A stretch of DNA of 63,977 bases, filler included, from Hyphochytrium catenoides (Eukaryota; Protista; Hyphochytriomycota), in NCBI GenBank assembly GCA_900088475.1. It is 5 parts of 5 records of this genome, joined end to end, with 100 filler letters (N's around TTAATTAATTAA, not from the genome) between each part and the next. Parts side by side here need not be neighbours in the genome. Positions count along the whole stretch, not along the records: positions 9,872 to 30,702 come from FLMG01002334.1; positions 30,803 to 55,928 come from FLMG01001064.1; 3 more parts are not named here. The stretch is one strand, 5' to 3'. Made by a program: the position numbers and the translations under genes. The notes beneath the pieces are model-generated. The model was given only the letters and a program-made list of their open reading frames with translations, searched no databases and was not told the origin of the DNA. Shown piece after piece: positions 26,301 through 37,645 of this stretch (its first letter is position 1; each line of letters starts with the position of its first letter).

Positions 26301-27137
26301 CTTTCGGTCTATCTTTCTCTTTTCTTCGGGATCCAATGCGTGATCGTCGACCCACGACTCATCTTATGGAGCGACCGAGAAGAGACCATGTGGATTGCCC
26401 ATTGTTCCATTGAAAGCCAACTCCACACCATCACGAACAGGCTTCTGGGAGCGACTGCGAGCCGCGTGATACCGAAGGTAGTCGAGAGCATTGGTGATTG
26501 AGAGTGTTTACCAGAAGGGACAGGTACTGATAGAGTATCTGTGTGCTCTTTCCTTTGCAGAGGCCAGTGCAGGTACGCTGCTACCTCAACGAGGAGCTGA
26601 TGCAGGATCAGACATTTCTTGCACTTGCAGCCGCGTCTTCTGCTTTGGTAGGTCTACATACCGACCAGGTACGACCAGAGAAGTTAGTCTTCTGCTTTAC
26701 TGCGGGGGATGAGCAGGATACCTTATTTTGTTTGAGGACAAACAAGGCAAAAAATTCTTTTGTTATTCCAGCCTAGAGTGAAATGACAAAAGAGTTAACT
26801 GAGGGGTAGAGGATGCTAGGAAGATATCCCACAAGGACCACAAATGCATCGTCTTGGATGTTTCTATCATATGCCCGCTTACAGCCCGCATCCTCACTCT
26901 TCAAAGGCGACAGACTTCATTTTCAAACTTGGGAGGCTCTTGAATAAGCGCATCGCTGTGGTGCCCTGCTGCGTGTATCCCAACCTCTTTCCTCTCCGTC
27001 GCACTGTCGATGGTGCCCTCGTCTTGCACTACTCGCAGCTCTGCAACTACCTTAAAGGAGAGTTTGGGCCGTTGGAGGAGGAGGACTTACCCTTGTGTGG
27101 AGCTCGAGGGAAAGTCTTCTATTCCGCTTTAACGTAA
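23390..27137 (+). CDS. Multidomain protein with C-terminal class I SAM-dependent methyltransferase; LRR-like N-terminal part
   Basis: Spliced reading RALVFGQFL...LLDVAGGS|GDLSVYL...IVDPR...LVGLHTDQ|ATDFI...IAVVPCCVYP; upstream LVDLNISG and LELLDLRFSTIS resemble LRR units. 5' end uncertain; N gap at 24796-24833. Confidence 0.7.
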
Positions 27138-27288
27138 TTTGGTGGGCAAGCGCTGTCAGCAGGCCCCTTGAGCAGGTTATCGATGCCTATGACCACCAGT
27201 GAGGATAGAAAGAGGTGAGGTAACAATTTTGGTTTGGGTGAACCAAACTCTATTATGTTAACATGTTTGTACAGGTCAGAGAACTCTA

Positions 27289-29521
27289 TCATGAGGCGGG
27301 GCTCCAACTGCCATGGAAGCCGTAAGGAAAGCTACAAGGCAAGTGGATGGTACAGACAGGCCCTGCAGGCACGTCCTTTGCCGAAAGGATCAAAACGTCA
27401 TTCGCCTGCCTCTCGGCATCATACTGAACAACCAGAAGCCAACCATCGTCCTCCACCATCTTCGCAGGCTGCTGTAAGCCTTTAGACTTTCTGGGTACGA
27501 AGATGGCTTCCCCAAGGAACTGCCTAAGGCCACAGCTCCACTCCCAGTTCTGCCCAGTCAGGGTGTCCACTTTGACCAGACTTTGAAATGGGCCGCCCTT
27601 TCGAGGATCGGATGCTGCAGCCATGTAGATAAAACGCGTCTCCTGCCCCTAATAAACAATATAGAGAGAACTAGATTAGAAAAGCTTCACGCACAGAGCA
27701 TAAGAACTGGAACGAATAATGGGCTTTTGGGGTCCGCCGTCTTTTTCCATGTTTAGCCAATCGCAGGAGAGAGGCACAGGTGGACAATGCGCGAGTGTGC
27801 CAGCAAGTGGTACTTGGGATTAGGCTAGGGAAAAATAAATGAGAATATTGCAACACAACCGGGGTGTCACGTACCTCAAGATCAGGATGCACCTCAGGGA
27901 AGTCACCTGACTTCTCCTCCAGGGCTACTTTCCTTTCCGTCTTGCCCGTCTCCAACGACAAGGAGTAATGAATAAGGAATTGCCGGCCGTTTGGCGCGAA
28001 GTCATTGTGCGAAGGGTCATATCGTGAGGGCTGATCAGGGTTGTAGCCGAACTCCCGACCAAACTTGAAGTTCTCAAAGTGGCAGGCAAAGTACTCGATC
28101 TTCCCTGTTCCTGACTCGAACGCATTCGCTGCATTGATATGGGTACCAACAGGGGCGAGACACAACGTAGAATGGTCGTCAGCCGTCATCTCGCTCGGGT
28201 TAACCCCACAACAGAAGGCATACCTGAATGTACCACCCATCCAGGCTTGCCGGAGTCGAACTCCATGGCTTTGTTCAGAGAAGAATCGAGATCTACTAGA
28301 CGAGGAATAACGACGATCTTAGAGTTCACCGAGAGATCAGGTTGTAGTGCAGCTGTTGCTGGGCCCAGCCCTGCCACTGTCTTGAGCAGATTCACCATGT
28401 GGACGGATGCGTAAGATGTCTGAACCACATAGGAGTTCCTGTAACAGCATTGTTGAGCAGGCGACAGACGAGAAGTCCACCATGAAGGTCGACAGGGGCA
28501 GGAAGTGCAAGGCTTAGCTTAGACAGTTTAGAATAAAAAAACGGAAGAAACGAACGGCATATGATTGGAGTTGTCAACACTTAGAGTCAGCAATTCAGGG
28601 TGCTTGAGTCATAGTGGTAACTCTCAACAGCGACTGCTCGCCAGGATTAGCTCTTATAAATAGAGCGAGGTACGAAAACCGGAGAGTGATAGAACACACG
28701 GATAGAGCTGATAGGAAGAGGCCCGAAATGGCAAGAGAGGTCATCACGGACATTATCAGGAAGCAATAACCCAACCAACCACGGCGTACATGAGTTCAGG
28801 AACCGCAGAGAGCTTACCGGGTAATGCAAAAATCATGCAGGTAGACTGATCCTTGAAGTTCGTGCTGAACCTTGTTCACTAGCCGACATTGCTCATCAAA
28901 CTCAAAAAATGTGAGCCCAGTGTTCCTTCCCATAGAAAGGCCAAGAGCAACTAGGCGATTCCTCTCTGTGTCGATGCGAGTGTGAGCGAGGAGAGTGAGT
29001 GAGGAGTCTTGCAGGCTTCCATTGAAGGAACACTGGCCCTCCGTCTCTAGCGTGTCAGGGTTGAGATAGTAAGGCTGCCCTACAGCCTCGTAGAGGCAGA
29101 GCAGTTTGCCTCCCCACTCAACGACACATGTGTTGGCCGGGTTGACAAATATCTTGCCCCATAAGTTTCGCCACCATCCTGTGGAGAGCTGACCAAAGCC
29201 TCGGACGTGAGCAGTGCCCTCCTCAATGTGCTTCCGATAGATTTCTGTGCGGACGAACTTGCTCTGGAAACGCAGCTTATAAGCCGCCTTGCCATCTTCT
29301 TGTTGATCTATTCTCAGGCACCGAATGTACCCGTGGCCAGAGAAAGGGTGAATGGCTTCACCTTTGTAGGAAAGGATCCCTGGCCCGTTAAGGTAATACC
29401 GGCCGCGCAGCTCTAGAGGAATCTCTCCCTCCACAGACTGCAGTGCATCTAGGTCCAAGTCAAACTCCTCCAGTTGGCTTTTAAAGAGATACTGATAGTC
29501 CTCTTCCTCCTGCGGTGTCAT
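27289..29521 (-). CDS. Carotenoid cleavage dioxygenase (RPE65 family), CCD7-like
   Basis: VEGEIPLELRGRYYLNGPG; four iron-binding His: LLAHTRID, YLHDFCIT, WVVHS|ANAFE (across an intron), FPYGFHGSW; EAIFVPR..EDDGWLL. Four exons. Confidence 0.9.
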
Positions 29522-29879
29522 CGTAGGTTTTGCTCGCTAATGTTTTGGGCGCTCAGCTGCAACAACCTGGACCGCGTGGTTTTTTCCCTCGACGGTGCGG
29601 ATCTCCTGCTGCGACGGTGAGAGTAACCTAACCTGTCGCTGGAGGCTGCTGCTTCGCCGATCCAGGTGGTTGTTCATCAGTGGGTTGGCTGCTCAGTTAG
29701 AGAGAGGAGACAAGCTCTCGAGAAACCTCAAAGGAAGAAGGACAGGTATTTGACGACGAGTAGTGCTTGTCCTCCTCAAGTAAGCCTTTATCCTCCTGCC
29801 CTCGCTGAGGTTTCATCGCTTTTGGCTGTCATAGCTGATACACTTCGACCACAGGTCCCAGGTCATACAATCTGCGATC

Positions 29880-30360
29880 TTTGTCCACGATGGTACGAGG
29901 CAGTGTTGGTAATTGACCGGTCCAGAAGGTTTTTGTGGATCTCGACCTGTCAACATGTCAATATCTTGTCAAATTGGTCAAATGGTCAACATGGTCCAGA
30001 TCATACTTGGCTTGGGTCAACACGACCAAGATCAGTACCACCGCACTACTGCAAGAGTATCACCCAGTTCCGATTACTGACCCCTCAGACCTTCAGTCTG
30101 ACACATCAATCAACACATCAACAAACTTCAGGCCTTTAGAAATCTTGAGCCCAGTACATCCCCCCATATGATCTTTTTGTGATTATTCATCTGATTTTAT
30201 CTACAACATTTGATGTTTTACTGATCTTTAAATGCTTTGATCTGGTTGGTCAAGATCCACAAGCAACAATCTGGATCTGGGCCTGGTCAAATTGGGTCAA
30301 ATCAATATGGTCCAGAAGTCAAATTGACGGACCTGCCAATCAGCCGATCAGTCAATCAGT
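29880..30360. repeat. Degenerate palindromic element rich in GGTCAA/TTGAC and GGTCCAGA motifs
   Basis: TTGTGGATCTCGACC (29933-29947) pairs 14/15 with GGTCAAGATCCACAA (30248-30262); many GTCAA copies; GGTCCAGA occurs three times. Confidence 0.55.
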
Positions 30361-31030
30361 CACGTATAAGTACACAGGCAGCTGGAGTCGCTATCAAGTA
30401 TTCCAGGGAGAGGTATTTATAGTACTTGCAAAACTAGTAAATAGGTAGGGCCTTTGGTATTATTTATTCCAAGTCTCTAAGAATGGGATCCACGCACGGT
30501 CACTCCTGTGACCCGCTTGGAGTTTTCGGTTGCCCTTTGGACCAGCTTCATCGGCGAGGGTGTCGAATTAGGGGCTCGTTATTATTAGCGGGTAACTTTG
30601 ACAATTACTGTACAGTAGTTCTACCTGTTTGAGGAGAATGTGGGAATGGCTCTTGGTGTAGGGTAGGACTCTGAATGTGTTGTTTGGGGAACAGTTCCTG
30701 GANNNNNNNNNNNNNNNNNNNNNNNNNNNNNNNNNNNNNNNNNNNNTTAATTAATTAANNNNNNNNNNNNNNNNNNNNNNNNNNNNNNNNNNNNNNNNNN
30801 NNGAGACTGCAGAGACGGAGACAGAGAGGAGCAGGAGAAACAAAAGGGGAACAAGACAAACAGAGAAGAAATGAGAGAAAGAGTTTGATAGTAAATAGAG
30901 CTCCGACGGGAAGCAGGAGGAAGGTGGAAGGTAATAGTGAGGCGAAAGCAAGTCAGAGATTGAGAGAAAGAAAAGAGAGATATGGAGAGAGTCTCCAGCA
31001 AAGAGGAGAGGAGAGGAGAGACAGCGTCAC

Positions 31031-34000
31031 CTTGTCTTCGAGCTTCTGTATAAGCTGTCTGGGCGCCGTGAGCTCCTCCTGGTAACGCGACTCCATCTCC
31101 GCAAGAGTCTGTCTGTGCTTTTCCTTCTGGTCTCTCATAGCTCTTGTGAAGATTAGGGGAAAGAGCGAGCGAGCGACAGATCAAGGGAAAATGCCGGAGT
31201 GAGAGGCACAAAGAGATTGAAACACAGAGAGAGAGTGAGAGAGAGACAGGCCGAGATAGAGGCAGATGGAGAGAGAGAGACAGAGCGAAAGAGACAGGAG
31301 TTCGATCCATATATACCGAGATGAGGCGAAAGTTAGGAAAGGCTGATTCCGACAGAGAAAGAGAAGGACTAACAGAGAGAAAGCAAGATCTAGAACTCAT
31401 AGTTCTTAAGTGGTGGTACTCTACGTCTTGCAGGTTCCTCTTTCTCTCACCTCTCGTGGTGGTGCGCAGTCTCTCGCAGCTCACTCTCCAGCCTCTCTAC
31501 GGTCTTTATGAGCTCATCCATCTGCCTTCTTTGAGTGAGAGAAAGCGATTCTCTGTCTCCTCCAGCCACTGCGGCCGCCTGCTGCTTGGCCAGCTTCTCT
31601 TCCAGTTCGAGTACTTTCCTTTGTAAAGTTTCTTCTTTCCCTTTCAACGTCTAGGCGAGCAAAAGGACAAGCTCTGAGAGAGGAAGGAGTACTCCAGGAA
31701 AGGACAACGCTAGCGCGAAGGAGGAGAAAGCGTAAGAGAGATACGAGACAGAGAGAAAGAGCGGCAGGTGCTGAGAGGCATAAAAACGATAGAGAAGAGA
31801 GGAGCGGGACAAGGAGAATCCAAGAGAAGAGAGGGAAGAGAGATAAGGGGAATATACCTGGGCAAACTCTTTTTGAGCTACTGCCATCTTCTTACTCAGC
31901 TCTCGGCTTCTCTCTTCCAGCGTCTCGTTCTGTTTGCTCAGTGCCTGGTACCGCTCTTTCTCTCTCTGAGCCTCTCCTTCTAGCCTAGAGAGTTGAGAGA
32001 CCAACTTTGCCTCTAAATTCCTATGATTTTTTTCTTCTGCAAAGCGTCTTTGTGCCTCTGCTTGAGAGACCTCCACCCTTAACCTTTCTACCTCTCCCTG
32101 GAGCTAGGTGTGGCAGGAGAAAGGAAGAGAGAGAGAGAGAGAGAGAGAGAGACACGAGGAAAGTATCAGGATACAGACCTGAGGAGAGGGAGAAAGAGTG
32201 AGGGGAAAGATGCTCTGCTGACCTCAATTAGCTGCTTTTTATAGGACTCTTGGCCTGCGTCTATCCTTTGATCAGGAGGCGTCTCTCCTCGTGACCTGGC
32301 TGAGCCTCCAATGTGAGGAAATGTTACACTCCCTTTTGCGCTTGTTGACGACTGAGAGGATAGCGGTCTCTCACTCTCCTCCGCTCTCGCTCTCTTCCTT
32401 TCCTCTAAGGTGAGCTCTGCAGACTCTGCAGACTGGTTGCTTTGCTTGGCATCCCCTCTCTCTTTGCCCATAAACTTGAGAAGTGCATCTGGCGTTATAC
32501 CAGCTATGGTTAGCAATTGATACGGATTGCTTCTAAATTAGATGGCGAGGCTAAGGAGTAAGAAAGGCCAGAGTACAAGCAGACAACGAGAAGTAGATGA
32601 TGGGATGATCTCTGAGCGTAGAGAGAGAGCGTGCGAGATAAAGTGGGACCAAGAATGAGAAAAGCGAGATGGAGAGAGATAGAGGAAGAGACAGAGGGAA
32701 AGAGATAGAGGAAGAGCCAGAGAGAGCCGGAGAGAGAGAAAAAGAGACCGGTGAAAGAGAGAAATAGGCAGAGGGAGAGAGACAGAGAGAGAGACCGTGA
32801 GGGAGCGAGAGAGATGAGAAGAGGAGAGAGGTAGAGAGGCAGAGAGTTAGGAATAACAAAGAGAGGGTAGCCAGAGACAAACGATGGAAAGAGTCGACAC
32901 CGAGAAGGTTTGAAGCCGTACCGGAGGCGCCTTTTCCCTTGGGCAAATTTCCTTCTTGAGGTACAGACTTTTTCTCCTTCCTTTCCCTAACTTTCTGCAT
33001 TATCTCTGCGCCTAACTCTTCTTCTCCAGGAAGCGATGACGAGGAGAAAGGAGTGATGTTCTCTCTCTTCCCACCTGTTCCCTGGAAGCCTCTCTCTCTT
33101 AGCTGGTCTATTTTCTTATAGATAGAGTAGCAGTTAGGGCAGACAGAGCTCTGTCTATAAAAGGTGGAAGGATTCTTCATCCTCAGATCTCCCTGCAGCT
33201 CTTCGTCAAACCTTCTCCACTCTTCGGACAAGTTTGATTCTCTCACTAAGGATAACACATAAATGATAAGAGATTGTGTGCGAGACAGAGAGGAGCTAGG
33301 GTATGACTGACAGAGGAGCAGATAAGAGAAAGAAAAGACAATGGTAGAGAAGTCTGTTCAGAGCTTTAGAGAACTTTTCCAATACATGCAGTGTCTAAGG
33401 GTACAGAGTAAGACCGGTGGTCACGTCTTATTGGCATGGAGAGAAGAGACAGCAACCACAAGCGAAGAGAGACAGAGAGAGAGAAGTGCAGGGATGGATC
33501 AAGTGAGAGGCCGCCGTCGGCTGTTCAAGATTATCTAGTAGCCGATAAAATAGAGAGACCGGAGAAGCGCAAGCTTAGCAAAGCATACCTGAGTTCTTGG
33601 TCTTGAACTTCAAAGTGAGAAACTCTTTCTCCAGCTTCGCAAGCTTGACTATCTTGAACATCACCATGAACCTGTCGCCATTGTCCTGAAGCGGACCGTC
33701 ACCATTCTCTGCTGCGTCTGCACAGTAAGGTGATATCTCAGGCAAAGGTTCATTGTGTCTTTTGGATCTCTTTGGCTCATCCTTACGTGTTGTTTGCCTC
33801 TATAAGCGCATCCCCAGTGGCTCTCTTATCGCTCCACCTCCTTCCCTCTATTCCGTTTGTCTATCCCCCTCAATCTGCCTCTCTCCGTCTTCTGTCTATC
33901 CTTCTTCTCTTCTCCCTCTTCCGATCTTTCATTCGTAATACTTTGTTTCCCTCTCTCTCTCTCTCTCGCTCGCTCGCTCACTCTGTCTGTGCCCAGGGGC

Positions 34001-35312
34001 GCCCGCCCCCTCGTCCGTATGCGTCATCCCTTCATCTCTTCCACTTATTTTTCTCTACCTTCTCTCTTTTACCATCCGCACCCTACGTCCGACGCCTAAC
34101 GTTCCCTATGTAACCTTTATATGCCTCACTGAACTGTTATCTTCAGAATAAACCCTTTCTTCTCGAACGGAACAGCGCTAGGTGTTCTCTCTTGTCTCTT
34201 TTTTTTTCTCTCTGTTGCTCTCTTTCTCTCTCTTCTGCTATTGCTCCGAGTGCCGTACCTTCGGCGAGGAGGCGGGTGAGTCCTTTCAAGCTTGCAATTG
34301 AGGTCGAGCAGAAATCTCCGGAGCACTTCTTGGACCCCGCGCCGCCTAGCCCTTGAGACCTTGCGCCAGTGCCCCCTTCCTCTCTCTCTTTCTCTTTCGT
34401 AACCTCTGCCGCCTCACTGATCTCCTCGGCTTTTCGTGGAGAGAGAGAGTTCTCTTCTGGGCGAGCAGTCCTCCTATCCTCGTCCGTGCTCCCCTGACGA
34501 CCAAGCTCTTCTGCAGGCCTCTCATACGTCTTAATGAGTGGAACGGGGTTATCTCTTCTTATTCCTTCTTCAGACGTCTTAAGGGTCGGCACGCTGATGA
34601 GCCAAGAGTCCTGATTGTCATCCACAGCCCAGTCAACGCTAATCTGGAAAACGTCCACATCTCTTGCTGCAGAGATGTAACCAGCTACCCGGAAAGTACT
34701 ATCAAGAAGGCTTTCTAGCGCTGCACTAGCCTGCACCTCCATTTGTGTGACCTCTCTAATGATATCTCCTCCTAAACCTAACATAAGTACTCGGCCTGCC
34801 ACTTGAATGCTCTCGGTCTCCTCGACGAAATCCAAGGTCACTCTAAAGACCACTGAGGATTCCTTGCTCGTAGCAGAGCTGTTAGGTCTTAGGTCAAGCC
34901 GATGAGGGTGGACAAAGCACTGCATCGCCGCAATCTCCTTAAGCCCTTGCTTTGAAGCTGCTTCGATCAGACGCTCGAAAGCAGCTCGCCCAACGAGCTT
35001 CCGGGCGCCATCAGAGGTGATCAGCCAGCAAAGATGTTGCGGACCATTTGCATTCTTAGGGTTGGCCAAGGCGAACTTCAAAAAGCGCTCTTTTATGTTG
35101 CTGAAGGTAATGTTCTCATCCTTCTTCTTAGCGATAGTTGAGTTCTTGGTAGTGAAGTACCAGCGCCAAGGGTGGCAGACTCCGCCGTCGTTCTTCTCAG
35201 GGAGGGGCTGAAGAAGCACTGTGTCAACCACGCGAACTCTAGGCCTTTCCCTAGCCCCAGAGCTATCCTCGCTCCATAGGCTGTGGATCGCCCAATCCCA
35301 GGAGCGATCCAT
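31031..35312 (-). CDS. Uncharacterised large protein: globular N-terminal domain, split Cys motif, C-terminal coiled coil; 3'-truncated
   Basis: Exons join in frame: VDTVLL..WRWYFTTKN; KKCSGDFC; FMVMFKIVKLAKLE; FYRQSSVCPNCYSIY; E/K/R-rich heptad exons to 31031. Confidence 0.7.
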
Positions 35313-36103
35313 ACTTCTGTCTGAGGTCTAGACAATGCCAAGCATAATGCGATCTAAGCGGCTTTGGTAGAGGCACATGCCAGCCTCTCTCAGATCTACT
35401 CGCCAGAGTGCTACCTCCTGAGCCTATAACGCAAGCAGAGAAAGAGAGACCGCCACCTCTGGCGCTGATCTCTATCAATAACGAGGGAACATCCTTGCCA
35501 ATACTCTTGGCTGTCTCTTGAGCTCTCAAACAGGATAGCCTGCAGCTTGTCTCCTGGGCCGGACAACGCGCTCAGGCTCGATGGTCGCCCTCCCACCGCA
35601 GATAATACATCAGTGTAACGACTATACTAATCTGTGAGAATCATATGCTCGCAGTTATCAGTCAATTCCTGGTTCATGGGTATCACACCCAGAATATAGG
35701 TAATATAGGTCGCCTATAAGCTCATATACAGATAAGACCTAGATAAGCTAATCGGTCGGATGTTACCCATGGGTCTCTTGGTTTGAGGCGAGACCATCAT
35801 CGCCTTGAAAAAACTCAATAAGACCGCACAACACGGCCGGAGATCTGAAGATATCATCGCATTGAAGGAGCAAGCTTAGCAGTAAAGAGCTAACAATGAT
35901 GAAGGTAAGTCCAAGCGGGATCTTGGCTGATGACCGAGCAAACATACAGAGAAATCTTGAGAAGGTTGTGCTCTGTTAATAATGACGAGATGGGTGTTGC
36001 ATCGGTGGCGGCTAGGGTTTATATAGCTGATGCTGTAGCCTAGCCTAGCCTATGAATATCCTACAGGAATGGAGAAATGGACGATTGTCGCCAGCCATTT
36101 ACA

Positions 36104-37645
36104 CTATTGCTTCTTAGCTTCCTTCTCGGGAGGCGTGTTGAGAGAGTTAGAGCAAGCTGAAAGCTCGTTGCCTCCCAAGAAGCTCTTGAAGTTGTTCAGA
36201 GTGCAGCTAGCTATATTCTGAAGCGCGTCATGGGTGAGGAAAGCTTGATGACTTGTCACCACCACGTTCCGGAAAGTGAGAAGGCGAGCCAGGATGTCAT
36301 CGCTGATGTTCTCTCCTGATTTGTCCTGGAAAAAGTAGTCTTGCTCTTGCTCATAGACATCCAGTCCCGCACCTCCAATCTGGTTCTGCTTCAGAGCATG
36401 AACAAGTGCTTTGGTGTCGACCAGACCACCTCTAGAGGTGTTGATAAGAATCACATGCTTCTTCATCAAGCCCAAAGTATTGGCATTGATGATGTGCTTG
36501 GTAGAATCCAGCAGAGGGCAGTGCAGGGAGATCACGTCCGATTCCTGGCAGACGGTCTCTAGGTCTACATATTTGACCTGAGGTACATTGTCGTACTTTG
36601 ATGCCTTGTAGACGTCATAAGCCAATACTGTGCAGCCCATTCCCAGCATGATGTCGATAAAGCACTGTCCAATCTTGCCAGTACCAATAACTCCAACCTT
36701 CTTGCCATGAATGTCCATGCCAACTAGCCCATTGAGAGAGAAGTTCTGGTTCCGAACACGGTCGTAGGCCAGATGGAGGCGTCTGTTCAACGTCATTAGA
36801 AGAGTGAGAGCATGCTCTGCCACTGCATAAGGAGAGTAGGCCGGCACTCTGGCAACCGTAATCCCCATCGCGTCACATGCCTTCAAGTCCACGCGATCGA
36901 AGCCCGCGCATCTTAGAAGTATCATCTCAACGCCAACTCTTTGAAGCTCCAGGACCACCTTAGCATCACAAGTGTCATTCACGAAGATACAAATAGCCTT
37001 GTAACCAGCAGCCAGGTGGGCCGTGGAAGGGCCGAGCCGCAGCTCTTGATATTGGAACTCGAAGCCATAGTCCCCACGCTGCAACTCTTCCTCAAAGACT
37101 TTCTTCTCATATGGCTTGGCATCAAACATCAATACTCGATCAGCAGAATCTCCAGCAACAGTCTGTCTATAGTTTGGAAGAAGATTTCTCTCCAACTTCA
37201 GCTGGCGAGACATAAACTTGAGAACGGCATCCAGTAGCTCCGGTAACTCTTGTAGGGCCTCCTTGAAGGCCTTGTGACTCAACTTGTAAATGACTGTCCC
37301 GTCTTCTGCAGCCTTTACTGAGGCTGAATGAGGCTTCTGGTCAATCATGCTGCCCAAGCCACCAAACTCGTTTCGGTTGAGAGAAAGAATGTAGATCTCG
37401 CTGTCTCCAACTTGTTTGTAGACATCGCATGAGCCTTCCTTTACAATGAACATTTCGCTGGTTGTCTCATTCTCTCTAACCACAATATCTCCCTTCTTAA
37501 GAGTGAGCTCAGTAACTCTGTCGGCAAGGGACTTGTCGCCGGCTGTGCCGAACAGGCCGATGCGGTTGAAGGTCTCCAAGACCTCGTCAGCATTGCTAGT
37601 CGCCATTGGTCTTCTGCTTGGCTTCACAAGATCTTCCCCTGCCAT
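36104..37645 (-). CDS. cNMP-binding-like domain fused to NAD-dependent D-lactate dehydrogenase (LdhA-type), 513 aa, intronless
   Basis: N-term KKGDIVVRENETTSEMFIVKEGSCDVY..EFGGLGSM..PHSASVKA; C-term LRCAGFD, RVPAYSPYAVAEH, NFSLNGLVG, GVIGTGKIG, INTSRG, LDVYEQE, TSHQAF (Arg/Glu/His catalytic set). Confidence 0.92.
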   Translation of the reverse strand: MAGEDLVKPSRRPMATSNADEVLETFNRIGLFGTAGDKSLADRVTELTLKKGDIVVRENETTSEMFIVKEGSCDVYKQVGDSEIYILSLNRNEFGGLGSMIDQKPHSASVKAAEDGTVIYKLSHKAFKEALQELPELLDAVLKFMSRQLKLERNLLPNYRQTVAGDSADRVLMFDAKPYEKKVFEEELQRGDYGFEFQYQELRLGPSTAHLAAGYKAICIFVNDTCDAKVVLELQRVGVEMILLRCAGFDRVDLKACDAMGITVARVPAYSPYAVAEHALTLLMTLNRRLHLAYDRVRNQNFSLNGLVGMDIHGKKVGVIGTGKIGQCFIDIMLGMGCTVLAYDVYKASKYDNVPQVKYVDLETVCQESDVISLHCPLLDSTKHIINANTLGLMKKHVILINTSRGGLVDTKALVHALKQNQIGGAGLDVYEQEQDYFFQDKSGENISDDILARLLTFRNVVVTSHQAFLTHDALQNIASCTLNNFKSFLGGNELSACSNSLNTPPEKEAKKQ

